DNA of 64,000 nucleotides from Chrysomallon squamiferum (Eukaryota; Animalia; Mollusca): contig CM022677.1 of the NCBI GenBank assembly GCA_012295275.1, positions 10,788,001-10,852,000 of the forward strand. Direction: 5' to 3'. Numbering within the stretch: position 1 is the first letter of the stretch; the number at the start of each line of letters is the position of its first letter. Below, in pieces: positions 24,901-39,900 of the stretch. Position numbers and translations under genes: made by a program. The notes under the pieces are model-generated. The model was not told where the DNA came from. It did no database searches and saw nothing but the letters and a program-made list of their open reading frames with translations.

Positions 24901-27900
24901 CTGCTTCAAAGTGCTTCTCCTGTTTAAATGTCTGCTTCAAAGTGCTTCTCCTGTTTAACATCTCCACATAACTGAGTAAATGTCTGCTTCAAAGTGTTCT
25001 TCTCCTGTTTAACATCTCCACATAACTGAGTAAAATGTCTGCTCAAAAAGTGCTTCTCCTTTAACATCTCCACACAAGTAAATGTCTGCTTCAAAGTGCT
25101 TCTCCTGTTTAACATCTCCACATAACTGAGTAAATGTCTGCTTCAAAGTGCTTCTCCTGTTTAACATCTCCACATAACTGAGTAAATGTCTGCTTCAAAG
25201 TGCTTCTCCTGTTTAACATCTCCACACAACTGAGTAAATGTCTGCTTCAAAGTGCTTCTTCTCCTGTTTAACATCTCCACATAACTGAGTAAATGTCTGC
25301 TTCAAAGTGCTTCTCCTGTTTAACATCTCCACACAACTGAGTAAATGTCTGCTTCAAAGTGCTTCTCCTGTTTAACATCTCCACACAACTGAGTAAATGT
25401 CTGCTTCAAAGTGCTTCTCCTGTTTAACATCTCCACACAACTGAGTAAATGTCTTCTCCTGTTTAACATCTCCACACAACTGAGTAAATGTCTGCTTCAA
25501 AGTGCTTCTCCTGTTTAACATCTCCACATAACTGAGTAAATGTCTGCTTCAAAGTGCTTCTCCTGTTTAACATCTCCACACAACTGAGTAAATGTCTGCT
25601 TCAAAGTGCTTCTCCTGTTTAACATCTCCACACAACTGAGTAAATGTCTGCTTCAAAGTGCTTCTCCTGTTTAACATCTCCCTTTAACACAACCACACAA
25701 AGTAAATGTCTGCTTCAAAGTGCTTCTCCTGTTTAACATCTCCACACAACTGAGTAAATGTCTGCTTCAAAGTGCTTCTCCTGTTTAACATCTCCACACA
25801 ACTGAGTAAATGTCTGCTTCAAAGTGCTTCTCCTGTTTAACATCTCCACATAACTGAGTAAATGTCTGCTTCAAAGTGCTTCTCCTGTTTAACATCTCCA
25901 CATAACTGAGTAAATGTCTGCTTCAAAGTGCTTCTCCTGTTTAACATCTCCACATAACTGAGTAAATGTCTGCTTAAATGTCTTCTTCAAAGTGCTTCTC
26001 CTGTTTAACATCTCCTGTTTAACAACAACTGAGTAAATGTCTGCTTCAAAGTGCTTCTCCTGTTTAGATATCTCCACAACTGAGTAAATGTCTGCTTCAA
26101 AGTGCTTCTCCTGTTTAACATCTCCACACAACTGAGTAAATGTCTGCTTCAAAGTGCTTCTCCTGTTTAACATCTCCACACAACTGAGTAAATGTCTGCT
26201 TCAAAGTGCTTCTCCTGTTTAACATCTCCACACAACTGAGTAAATGTCTGCTTCAAAGTGCTTCTCCTGTTTAACATCTCCACACAACTGAGTAAATGTC
26301 TGCTTCAAAGTGCTTCTCCTGTTTAACATCTCCACACAACTGAGTAAATGTCTGCTTCAAAGTGCTTCTCCTGTTTAACATCTCCACACAACTGAGTAAA
26401 TGTCTGCTTCAAAGTGCTTCTCCTGTTTAACATCTCCACATCAAAGTGCTTCTCCTGTTTGAGTAAATGTCTGCTTCAAAGTGCTTCTCCTGTTTAACAT
26501 CTCCACATAACTGAGTAAATGTCTGCTTCAAAGTGCTTCTCCTGTTTAACATCTCCACATAACTGAGTAAATGTCTGCTTCAAAGTGCTTCTCCTGTTTA
26601 ACATCTCCACACAACTGAGTAAATGTCTGCTTCAAAGTGCTTCTCCTGTTTAACATCTCCACATAACTGAGTAAATGTCTCTGCTTCAAAGCTTCTCCTG
26701 TTTAACATCTCCACATAACTGAGTAAATGTCTGCTTCAAAGTGCTTCTCTTCTTTAACATCTCCACACAACTGAGTAAATGTCTGCTTCAAAGTGCTTCT
26801 CCTGTTTAACATCTCCACATAACTGAGTAAATGTCTGCTTCAAAGTGCTTCTCCTGTTTAACATCTCCACATAACTGAGTAAATGTCTGCTTCAAAGTGC
26901 TTCTCTATTTAACATTTCCACACAACTTCGTAAATGTCTTCTCCTGTTTAACATTCAAAGTGCTTCTCCTGTTTAACATCTCCACACAACTGAGTAAATG
27001 TCTGCTTCAAAAAGTGCTTCTCCTGTTTAACATCTCCACACAACTGAGTAAATGTCTGCTTCAAAGTGCTTCTCCTGTTTAACATCTCCACACAACTGAG
27101 TAAATGTCTGCTTCAAAGTGCTTCTCCTGTTTAACATCTCCACACAACTGAGTAAATGTCTGCTTCAAAGTGCTTCTCCTGTTTAACATCTCCACACAAC
27201 TGAGTAAATGTCTGCTTCAAAGTGCTTCTCCTGTTTAACATCTCCACATAACTGAGTAAATGTCTGCTTCAAAGTGCTTCTCCTGTTTAACATCTCCACA
27301 CAACTGAGTAAATGTCTGCTTCAAAGTGCTTCTCCTGTTTAACATCTCCACACAACTGTAAATGTCTGCTTCAAAGTGTGCTTCTCCTGTTTAACATCTC
27401 CACACAAGTAAATGTCTGCTTCAAAAAGTGCTTCTCCTGTTTAACATCTCCACATAACTGAGTAAATGTCTGCTTCAAAGTGCTTCTCCTGTTTAACATC
27501 TCCACACAACTGAGTAAAATGTCTGCTTCAAAGTGTCTGCTTTCTCCTGTTTAACATCTCCACACAACTGCGTAAATGTCTGCTTCAAAGTGCTTCTCCT
27601 GTTTAACATCTCCACACAACTGAGTAAATGTCTGCTTCAAAGTGCTTCTCCTGTTTAACATCTCCACACAACTGAGTAAATGTCTGCTTCAAAGTGCTTC
27701 TCCTGTTTAACATCTCCACACAACTGAGTAAATGTCTGCTTCAAAGTGCTTCTCCTGTTTAACATCTCCACATAACTGAGTAAATGTCTGCTTCAAAGTG
27801 CTTCTCCTGTTTAACATCTCCACACAACTGAGTAAATGTCTGCTTCAAAGTGCTTCTCCTGTTTAACATCTCCACATAACTGAGTAAATGTCTGCTTCAA

Positions 27901-30900
27901 AGTGCTTCTCCTGTTTAACATCTCCACACAACTGAGTAAATGTCTGCTTCAAAGTGCTTCTCCTGTTTAACATCTCCACACAACTGAGTAAATGTCTGCT
28001 TCAAAGTGCTTCTCCTGTTTAACATCTCCACACAACTGAGTAAATGTCTGCTTCAAAGTGCTTCTCCTGTTTAACATCTCCACATAACTGAGTAAATGTC
28101 TGCTTCAAAGTGCTTCTCCTGTTTAACATCTCCACACAACTGAGTAAATGTCTCCTGTTTAACTTCAAAGTGTCTTTTCTCCTGTTTTTAACACATCTCA
28201 CACAACTGAGTAAATGTCTGCTTCAAAGTGCTTCTCCTGTTTAACATCTCCACACAACTGAGTAAATGTCTGCTTCAAAGTGCTTCTCCTGTTTAACATC
28301 TCCACATAACTGAGTAAATGTCTGCTTCAAAGTGCTTCTCCTGTTTAACATCTCCACACAACTGCGTAAATGTCTGCTTCAAAGTGCTTCTCCTGTTTTT
28401 AACATCTCCACACAACTGAGTAAATGTCTGCTTCAAAGTGCTTCTCCTGTTTAACATCTCCACACAACTGAGTAAATGTCTGCTTCAAAGTGCTTCTCCT
28501 GTTTAACATCTCCACACAACTGAGTAAATGTCTGCTTCAAAGTGCTTCTCCTGTTTAACATCTCCACATAACTGAGTAAATGTCTCCTTCAAAGTGCTTC
28601 TCCTGTTTAAATCTCCACACAACTTCTCCTGTTTAACATCTCCACACAACTGAGTAAATGTCTGCTTCAAAGTGCTTCTCCTGTTTAACATCTCCACACA
28701 ACTGAGTAAATGTCTGCTTCAAAGTGCTTCTCCTGTTTAACATCTCCACACAACTGAGTAAATGTCTGCTTCAAAGTGCTTCTCCTGTTTAACATCTCCA
28801 CATAACTGAGTAAATGTCTGCTTCAAAGTGCTTCTCCTGTTTAACATCTCCACATAACTGAGTAAATGTCTGCTTCAAAAAGTGCTTCTCCTGTTTAACA
28901 TCTCCACACAACTGAGTAAATGTCTGCTTCAAAGTGCTTCTCCTGTTTAACATCTCCACACAACTGAGTAAATGTCTGCTTCAAAGTGCTTCTCCTGTTT
29001 AACATCTCCACACAACTGAGTAAATGTCTGCTTCAAAGTGCTTCTCCTGTTTAACATCTCCACACAACTGAGTAAATGTCTGCTTCAAAGTGCTTCTCCT
29101 GTTTAACATCTCCACATAACTGAGTAAATGTCTGCTTCAAAGTGCTTCTCCTGTTTAACATCTCCACACAACTGAGTAAATGTCTGCTTCAAAGTGCTTC
29201 TCCTGTTTAACATCTCCACACAACTGAGTAAATGTCTGCTTCAAAGTGCTTCTCCTGTTTAACATCTTCACACAACCGTAAATGTCTGCTTCAAAGTGCT
29301 TCTCCTGTTTAACATCTCCACATAACTGAGTAAATGTCTGCTTCAAAGTGCTTCTCCTGTTTAACATCTCCACACAACTGAGTAAATGTCTGCTTCAAAG
29401 TGCTTCTCCTGTTTAACATCTCCACACAACTGAGTAAATGTCTGCTTCAAAGTGCTTCTCCTGTTTAACATCTCCACACAACTGAGTAAATGTCTGCTTC
29501 AAAGTGCTTCTCCTGTTTAACATCTCCACACAACTGAGTAAATGTCTGCTTCAAAGTGCTTCTCCTGTTTAACATCTCCACATAACTGAGTAAAAATGTC
29601 TGCTTCAAAGTGTGCTTCTCCTGTTTAACATCTCCACATAACTGAGTAAATGTCTGCTTCAAAAGTGCTTCTCCTGTTTAACATCTCCACATAACTGAGT
29701 AAATGTCTGCTTCAAAGTGCTTCTCCTGTTTAACATCTCCACACAACTGAGTAAAAATGTCTGCTTCAAAGTGCTTCTCCTGTTTAACATCTCCACATAA
29801 CTGAGTAAATGTCTGCTTCAAAGTGCTTCTCCTGTTTAACATCTCCACATAACTGAGTAAATGTCTGCTTCAAAGTGCTTCTCCTGTTTAACATCTCCAC
29901 ATAACTGAGTAAATGTCTGCTTCAAAGTGCTTCTCCTGTTTAACATCTCCACACAACTGAGTAAATGTCTGCTTCAAAGTGCTTCTCCTGTTTTAACATT
30001 CCACAAACTGTTAAATGTCTGCTTCAAGTGCTGCTTCTCTGTTTACATCTCCACATAACTGAGTAAATGTCTGCTTCAAAGTGCTTCTCCTGTTTAACAT
30101 CTCCACACAACTGAGTAAATGTCTGCTTCAAAGTGCTTCTCCTGTTTAACATCTCCACATAACTGAGTAAATGTCTGCTTCAAAGTGCTTCTCCTGTTTA
30201 ACATCTCCACACAACTGAGTAAATGTCTGCTTCAAAGTGCTTCTCCTGTTTAACATCTCCACATAACTGAGTAAATGTCTGCTTCAAAGTGCTTCTCCTG
30301 TTTAACATCTCCACATAACTGTAAATGTCTGCTTCAAAGTAAACATCTCCACACAACTGAGTAAATGTCTGCTTCTCTTTCCTGTTTAACATCTCCACAC
30401 AACTGAGTAAATGTCTGCTTCAAAGTGCTTCTCCTGTTTAACATCTCCACATAACTGAGTAAAATGTCTGCTTCAAAGTGCTTCTCCTGTTTAACATCTC
30501 CACACAACTGAGTAAATGTCTGCTCAAAGTGCTTCTCCTGTTTAACATCTCCTGTTTAACATCTCCACATCTCCAACTGAGTAAATGTCTGCTTCAAAGT
30601 GCTTCTCCTGTTTTAACATCTCCACACAACTGAGTAAATGTCTGCTTCAAAGTGCTTCTCCTGTTTAACATCTCCACATAACTGAGTAAATGTCTGCTTC
30701 AAAGTGCTTCTCCTGTTTAACATCTCCACACAACTGAGTAAATGTCTGCTTCAAAGTGCTTCTCCTGTTTAACATCTCCACACAACTGAGTAAATGTCTG
30801 CTTCAAAGTGCTTCTCCTGTTTAACATCTCCACACAACTGAGTAAATGTCTCTGCTTCAAAGTGCTTCTCCTGTTTAACATCTCCACACAACTGAGTAAA

Positions 30901-33900
30901 ATGTCTGCTTCAAAGTGCTTCTCCTGTTTAACATCTCCACACAACTGAGTAAATGTCTGCTTCAAAACTCTCCTGTTTAAATGTCCACTTCAAAGTGCTT
31001 CTCCTTCTCCTGTTTAACATCTCCACACAACTGAGTAAATGTCTGCTTCAAAGTGCTTCTCCTGTTTAACATCTCCACACAACTGTAAAAATGTCTGCTT
31101 CAAAGTGCTTCTCCTGTTTAACATCTCCACATAACTGAGTAAATGTCTGCTTCAAAGTGCTTCTCCTGTTTAACATCTCCACACAACTGAGTAAATGTCT
31201 GCTTCAAAGTGCTTCTCCTGTTTAACATCTCCACACAACTGAGTAAATGTCTGCTTCAAAGTGCTTCTCCTGTTTAACATCTCCACACAACTGAGTAAAT
31301 GTCTGCTTCAAAGTGCTTCTCCTGTTTAACATCTCCACATAACTGAGTAAATGTCTGCTTCAAAGTGCTTCTCCTGTTTAACATCTCCACACAACTGAGT
31401 AAAAATGTCTCTTCAAAGTGCTTCTCCTGTTTAACATCTCCACATAACTGAGTAAATGTCTGCTTCAAAGTGCTTCTCCTGTTTAACATCTCCACACAAC
31501 TGAGTAAATGTCTGCTTCAAAGTGCTTCTCCTGTTTAACATCTCCACACAACTGAGTAAATGTCTGCTTCAAAGTGCTTCTCCTGTTTAACATCTCCACA
31601 CAAAGTAAATGTCTGCTTCAAAAGTGCTTCTCCTGTTTAACATCTCCACACAACTGAGTAAATGTCTGCTTCAAAGTGCTTCTCCTGTTTAACATCTCCA
31701 CATAACTGAGTAAATGTCTGCTTCAAAGTGCTTTCTCCTGTTTAACATCTCCACACAACTGAGTAAATGTCTGCTTCAAAGTGCTTCTCCTGTTTAACAT
31801 CTCCACACAACTGAGTAAATGTCTGCTTCAAAGAGCTTCTCCTGTTTAACATCTCCACACAACTGAGTAAATGTCTGCTTCAAAGTGCTTCTCCTGTTTA
31901 ACATCTCCACACAACTGAGTAAATGTCTGCTTCAAAGTGCTTCTCCTGTTTAACATCTCCACATAACTGAGTAAATGTCTGCTTCAAAGTGCTTCTCCTG
32001 TTTAACATCTCCACATAACTGAGTAAATGTCTGCTTCAAAGTGCTTCTCCTGTTTAACATCTCCACATAACTGAGTAAATGTCTGCTTCAAAGTGCTTCT
32101 CCTGTTTAACATCTCCACACAACTGAGTAAATGTCTGCTTCAAAGTGCTTCTCCTGTTTAACATCTCCACATAACACAGTAAACTGAGTAAATGCTTCTC
32201 TATTCTACTTCACAACTTCGTAAATGTCTTCTCCTGTTTAACATCTCCACATAACAGTAAATGTCTGCTTCAAAGTGCTTCTCCTGTTTAACATCTCCAC
32301 ATAACTGAGTAAATGTCTGCTTCAAAGTGCTTCTCCTGTTTAACATCTCCACATAACTGAGTAAATGTCTGCTTCAAAGTGCTTCTCCTGTTTAACATCT
32401 CCACACAACTGAGTAAATGTCTGCTTCAAAGTGCTTCTCCTGTTTAACATCTCCACACAACTGAGTAAATGTCTGCTTCAAAGTGCTTCTCCTGTTTAAC
32501 ATCTCCACATAACTGAGTAAATGTCTGCTTCAAAGTGCTTCTCCTGTTTAACATCTCCACACAACTGCGTAAATGTCTTCTCCTGTTTAACATCTCCACA
32601 TAACAGTAAATGTCTGCTTCAAAGTGCTTCTCCTGTTTAACATCTCCACACAACTGAGTAAATGTCTGCTTCAAAGTGCTTCTCCTGTTTAACATCTCCA
32701 CATAACTGAGTAAATGTCTGCTTCAAAGTGCTTCTCCTGTTTAACATCTCCACACAACTGAGTAAATGTCTGCTTCAAAGTGCTTCTCCTGTTTAACATC
32801 TCCACACAACTGAGTAAATGTCTGCTTCAAAGTGCTTCTCCTGTTTAACATCTCCACACAACTGAGTAAATGTCTGCTTCAAAGTGCTTCTCCTGTTTAA
32901 CATCTCCACACAACTGAGTAAATGTCTGCTTCAAAAGCTTGCTTCTCCTGTTTAACATCTCCACACAACTAAAGTAAATGTCTGCTTCAAAGTGCTTCTC
33001 CTGTTTAACATCTCCACATAACTGAGTAAATGTCTGCTTCAAAGTGCTGCTTCTCCTGTTTAACATCTCCACACAACTGAGTAAATGTCTGCTTCAAAGT
33101 GCTTCTCCTGTTTAACATCTCCACACAACTGAGTAAATGTCTCTCAAAAGTGCTTCTCTCTGTTTTTAACATCTCCACACAACTAAAGTAAATGTCTGCT
33201 TCAAAAAGTGCTTCTCCTGTTTAACATCTCCACACAACTGAGTAAATGTCTGCTTCAAAGTGCTTCTCCTGTTTAACATCTCCACATAACTGAGTAAATG
33301 TCTGCTTCAAAGTGCTTCTCCTGTTTAACATCTCCACATAACAGTAAATGTCTGCTTCAAAGTGCTTCTCCTGTTTAACATCTCCACACAACTGAGTAAA
33401 TGTCTGCTTCAAAGTGCTTCTCCTGTTTAACATCTCCACACAACTGAGTAAATGTCTGCTTCAAAGTGCTTCTCCTGTTTAACATCTCCACATAACTGCT
33501 AAAGTAAATGTCTGCTTCAAAGTGCTTCTCCTGTTTAACATCTCCACATAACTGAGTAAAATGTCTCCTGTTTCAAAGCTTCAAAGTGCTTCTCCTGTTT
33601 TTCTCCTTTTAACATCTCCACACAACTGAGTAAATGTCTGCTTCAAAGTGCTTCTCCTGTTTAACATCTCCACATAACTGAGTAAATGTCTGCTTCAAAG
33701 TGCTTCTCCTCTTTAACATCTCCACACAACTGAGTAAATGTCTGCTTCAAAGTGCTTCTCCTGTTTAACATCTCCACACAACTGAGTAAATGTCTGCTTC
33801 AAAGTGCTTCTCCTGTTTAACATCTCCACACAACTGAGTAAATGTCTGCTTCAAAGTGCTTCTCCTGTTTAACATCTCCACACAACTGAGTAAATGTCTG

Positions 33901-36900
33901 CTTCAAAGTGCTTCTCCTGTTTAACATCTCCACATAACTGAGTAAATGTCTGCTTCAAAGTGCTTCTCTATTTAACATTTCCACACAACTTCGTAAATGT
34001 CTTCTCCTGTTTAACATCTCCACATAACAGTAAATGTCTGCTTCAAAGTGCTTCTCCTGTTTAACATCTCCACACAACTGAGTAAATGTCTGCTTCAAAG
34101 TGCTTCTCCTGTTTAACATCTCCACACAACTGAGTAAATGTCTGCTTCAAAGTGCTTCTCCTGTTTAACATCTCCACACAACTGAGTAAATGTCTGCTTC
34201 AAAGTGCTTCTCCTGTTTAACATCTCCACACAACTGAGTAAATGTCTGCTTCAAAGTGCTTCTCCTGTTTAACATCTCCACACAACTGAGTAAATGTCTG
34301 CTTCAAAGTGCTTCTCCTGTTTAACATCTCCACACAACTGAGTAAATGTCTGCTTCAAAGTGCTTCTCCTGTTTAACATCTCCACACAACTGAGTAAATG
34401 TCTGCTTCAAAGTGCTTCTCCTGTTTAACATCTCCACATAACTGAGTAAATGTCTGCTTCAAAGTGCTTCTCCTGTTTAACATCTCCACATAACTGAGTA
34501 AATGTCTGCTTCAAAGTGCTTCTCCTGTTTAACATTTCCACACAACTTCGTAAATGTCTTCTCCTGTTTAACATCTCCACACAAGTGAGTAAATGTCTGC
34601 TTCAAAGTGCTTCTCCTGTTTAACATCTCCACATAACTGAGTAAATGTCTGCTTCAAAGTGCTTCTCCTGTTTAACATCTCCACAGAACTGAGTAAATGT
34701 CTGCTTCAAAGTGCTTCTCCTGTTTAACATCTCCACACAACTGAGTAAATGTCTGCTTCAAAGTGCTTCTCCTGTTTAACATCTCCACACAACTGAGTAA
34801 ATGTCTGCTTCAAAGTGCTTCTCCTGTTTAACATCTCCACACAACTGAGTAAATGTCTGCTTCAAAGTGCTTCTCCTCTTTAACATCTCCACACATCTCC
34901 AAATGTCTGAGTAAATGTCTCCTTTGCTTCAAAGTGCTTCTCCTGTTTAACATCTCCACACAACTGAGTAAATGTCTGCTTCAAAGTGCTTCTCCTGTTT
35001 AACATCTCCACATAACTGAGTAAATGTCTGCTTCAAAGTGCTTCTCCTGTTTAACATCTCCACACAACTGAGTAAATGTCTGCTTCAAAGTGCTTCTCCT
35101 GTTTAACATCTCACACAAACAGTAAATGTCTGCTTCAAAGTGCTTCTCCTGTTTAACATCTCCACACAACTGAGTAAATGTCTGCTTCAAAGTGCTTCTC
35201 CTGTTTAACATCTCCACATAACTGAGTAAATGTCTGCTTCAAAGTGCTTCTCCTGTTTAACATCTCCACACAACTGAGTAAATGTCTGCTTCAAAGTGCT
35301 TCTCCTGTTTAACATCTCCACATAACTGAGTAAATGTCTGCTTCAAAGTGCTTCTCCTGTTTAACATCTCCACACAACTGAGTAAATGTCTCTTGCTTCT
35401 CCTGTTTTCAAAGTAAATGTCTTCTCCTGTTTAACATCTCCACATAACAGTAAATGTCTGCTTCAAAGTGCTTCTCCTGTTTAACATCTCCACACAACTG
35501 AGTAAATGTCTGCTTCAAAGTGCTTCTCCTGTTTAACATCTCCACACATAACTGAGTAAATGTCTGCTTCAAAGTGCTTCTCCTGTTTAACATCTCCACA
35601 TAACTGAGTAAATGTCTGCTTCAAACTGCTTCTCCTGTTTAACATCTCCACACAACTGAGTAAATGTCTGCTTCAAAGTGCTTCTCCTGTTTAACATCTC
35701 CACACAACTGAGTAAATGTCTGCTTCAAAGTGCTTCTCCTGTTTAACATCTCCACACAACTGAGTAAATGTCTGCTTCAAAGTGCTTTCTCCTGTTGAAC
35801 ATCTCCACATAACTGTAAATGTCTGCTTCAAAGTGCTTCTCCTGTTTAACATCTCCACATAACTGAGTAAATGTCTGCTTCAAAGTGCTTCTCCTGTTTA
35901 ACATCTCCACACAACTGAGTAAATGTCTGCTTCAAAGTGCTTCTCCTGTTTAACATCTCCACATAACTGAGTAAATGTCTGCTTCAAAGTGCTTTCTCCT
36001 GTTTAACATCTCCACACAACTGAGTAAAATGTCTTCAAAGTGCTTCTCCTGTTTAACATCTGCTTCTCCTGTTTAACATCTCCACACAACTGAGTAAATG
36101 TCTGCTTCAAAAGTCCTGCTTCTTCTCCTGTTTAACATCTCCACACAACTGAGTAAATGTCTGCTTCAAAGTGCTTCTCCTGTTTAACATCTCCACACAA
36201 CTGAGTAAATGTCTGCTTCAAAGTGCTTCAAAGTGCTTCTCCTGTTTAACATCTCCACACAACTGAGTAAATGTCTGCTTCAAAGTGCTTCTCCTGTTTA
36301 ACATCTCCACACAATAACTGAGTAAATGTCTGCTTCAACTTCGTAAATGTCTTCTCCTGTTTAACATCTCCACACAACTGAGTAAATGTCTGCTTCAAAG
36401 TGCTTCTCCTGTTTAACATCTCCACACAACTGAGTAAATGTCTGCTTCAAAGTGCTTCTCCTGTTTAACATCTCCACATAACTGAGTAAATGTCTGCTTC
36501 AAAGTGCTTCTCCTGTTTAACATCTCCACACAACTGAGTAAATGTCTGCTTCAAAGTGCTTCTCCTGTTTAACATCTCCACATAACTGAGTAAATGTCTG
36601 CTTCAAAGTGCTTCTCCTGTTTAACATCTCCACATAACTGAGTAAATGTCTGCTTCAAAGTGCTTCTCCTGTTTAACATCTCCACATAACTGAGTAAATG
36701 TCTGCTTCAAAGTGCTTCTCCTGTTTAACATCTCCACACAACTGAGTAAAATGTCTGCTTCAAAGTGCTTCTCCTGTTTAACATCTCCACATAACTGAGT
36801 AAATGTCTGCTTCAAAGTGCTTCTCCTGTTTAACATCTCCACATAACTGAGTAAATGTCTGCTTCAAAGTGCTTCTCCTGTTTAACATCTCCTGTTTAAC

Positions 36901-39900
36901 ATCTCCACACAACTCCTGTTTAACAGTAAATGTCTGCTTCAAAGTGCTTCTCCTGTTTAACATCTCCACACAACTGAGTAAATGTCTGCTTCAAAGTGCT
37001 TCTCCTGTTTAACATCTCCACACAACTGAGTAAATGTCTGCTTCAAAGTGCTTCTCCTGTTTAACATCTCCACATAACTGAGTAAATGTGCTTCAAAGTG
37101 CTTCTCCTGTTTAACATCTCCACACAACTGAGTAAATGTCTGCTTCAAAGTGCTTCTCCTGTTTAACATCTCCACACAACTGAGTAAATGTCTGCTTCAA
37201 AGTGCTTCTCCTGTTTAACATCTCCACACAACTGAGTAAATGTCTGCTTCAAAGTGCTTCTCCTGTTTAACATCTCCACACAACTGAGTAAATGTCTGCT
37301 TCAAAGTGCTTCTCCTGTTTAACATCTCCACATAACTGAGTAAATGTCTGCTTCAAAGTGCTTCTCCTGTTTAACATCTCCACATAACTGAGTAAATGTC
37401 TGCTTCAAAGTGCTTCTCCTGTTTAACATCTCCACATAACTGAGTAAATGTCTGCTTCAAAGTGCTTCTCCTGTTTAACATCTCCACATAACTGAGTAAA
37501 TGTCTGCTTCAAAGTGCTTCTCCTGTTTAACATCTCCACATAACTGAGTAAATGTCTGCTTCAAAGTGCTTCTCTATTTAACATTTCCACACAACTTCGT
37601 AAATGTCTTCTCCTGTTTAACATCTCCACATAACAGTAAATGTCTGCTTCAAAGTGCTTCTCCTGTTTAACATCTCCACATAACTGAGTAAATGTCTGCT
37701 TCAAAGTGCTTCTCCTGTTTAACATCTCCACATAACTGAGTAAATGTCTGCTTCAAAGTGCTTCTCCTGTTTAACATCTCCACATAACTGTAAATGTCTG
37801 CTTCAAAGTGCTTCTCCTGTTTAACATCTCCACATAACTGAGTAAATGTCTGCTTCAAAGTGCTTCTCCTGTTTAACATCTCCACACAACTGAGTAAATG
37901 TCTGCTTCAAAGTGCTTCTCCTGTTTAACATCTCCACACAACTGAGTAAATGTCTGCTTCACAGTAAATGTCTGCTTCAAAGTGCTTCTCCTGTTTAACA
38001 TCTCCACACAACTGAGTAAATGTCTGCTTCAAAGTGCTTCTCCTGTTTAACATCTCCACACAACTGCGTAAATGTCTGCTTCAAAGTGCTTCTCCTGTTT
38101 AACATCTCCACACAACTGAGTAAATGTCTGCTTCAAAGTGCTTGTCCTGTTGAACATCTCCACATAACAGTAAATGTCTGCTTCAAAGTGCTTCTCTTGT
38201 TTAAAATCTCCACACAACTGCGTAAATGTCTGCTTCAAAGTGCTTCTCCTGTTTAACATCTCCACATAACTGAGTAGCACTANNNNNNNNNNNNNNNNNN
38301 NNNNNNNNNNNNNNNNNNNNNNNNNNNNNNNNNNNNNNNNNNNNNNNNNNNNNNNNNNNNNNNNNNNNNNNNNNNNNNNNNNNNNNNNNNNNNNNNNNNN
38401 NNNNNNNNNNNNNNNNNNNNNNNNNNNNNNNNNNNNNNNNNNNNNNNNNNNNNNNNNNNNNNNNNNNNNNNNNNNNNNNNNNGTAAATGTCTGCTTCAAA
38501 GTGCTTCTCCTGTTTAACATCTCCACAAAGTGCTTCTCCTGTTTAACTTGTCTCCTAAAACTGATGATGATGTTTGTCTTCAAAGTGCTTCTCCTGTTTA
38601 ACATCTCCACACAACTGAGTAAATGTCTGCTTCAAACTGCTTCTCCTCTTTAACATCTCCACACAACTGAGTAAATGTCTGCTTCAAAGTGCTTGTCCTG
38701 TTTAACATCTCCACATAACTGAGTAAATGTCTGCTTCAAAGTGCTTCTCCTGTTTAAAATCTCCACACAACTGCGTAAATGTCTGCTTCAAAGTGCTTCT
38801 CCTGTTTAACATCTCCACATAACTGAGTAAATGTCTGCTTCAAAGTGCTTCTCCTGTTTAACATCTCCACATAACTGAGTAAATGTCTGCTTCAAAGTGC
38901 TTCTCCTGTTTAACATCTCCACACAACTGAGTAAATGTCTGCATCAAAGTGCTTCTCCTGTTTAACATCTCCAAATAACTGAGTAAATGTCTGCTTCAAA
39001 GTGCTTCTCCTGTTTAACATCTCCACACAACTGAGTAAATGTCTGCTTCAAAGTGCTTCTCCTGTTTAACATCTCCACACAACTGCGTAAATGTCTGCTT
39101 CAAAGTGCTTCTCCTGTTTAACATCTCCACATAACTGAGTAAATGTCTGCTTCAAAGTGCTTCTCCTGTTTAACATCTCCACACAACTGAGTAAATGTCT
39201 GCTTCAAAGTGCTTCTCCTGTTTAACATCTCCACACAACTGAGTAAATGTCTGCTTCAAAGTGCTTCTCCTGTTTAACATCTCCACACAACTGAGTAAAT
39301 GTCTGCTTCAAAGTGCTTCTCCTGTTTAACATCTCCACATAACTGAGTAAATGTCTGCTTCAAAGTGCTTCTCCTGTTTAACATCTCCACATAACTGAGT
39401 AAATGTCTGCTTCAAAGTGCTTCTCCTGTTTAACATCTCCACACAACTGAGTAAATGTCTGCTTCAAAGTGCTTCTCCTGTTTAACATCTCCACATAACT
39501 GAGTAAATGTCTGCTTCAAAGTGCTTCTCCTGTTTAACATCTCCACATAACTGAGTAAATGTCTGCTTCAAAGTGCTTCTCCTGTTTAACATCTCCACAT
39601 AACTGAGTAAATGTCTGCTTCAAAGTGCTTCTCCTGTTTAACATCTCCACACAACTGAGTAAATGTCTGCTTCAAAGTGCTTCTCCTGTTTCTCCAACAT
39701 CTCTTCTCCTGTTTAACATCTCCACACAACTGAGTAAATGTCTGCTTCAAAGTGCTTCTCCTGTTTAACATCTCCACATAACTGAGTAAATGTCTGCTTC
39801 AAAGTGCTTCTCCTGTTTAACATCTCCACACAACTGAGTAAATGTCTGCTTCAAAGTGCTTCTCCTGTTTAACATCTCCACATAACTGAGTAAATGTCTG

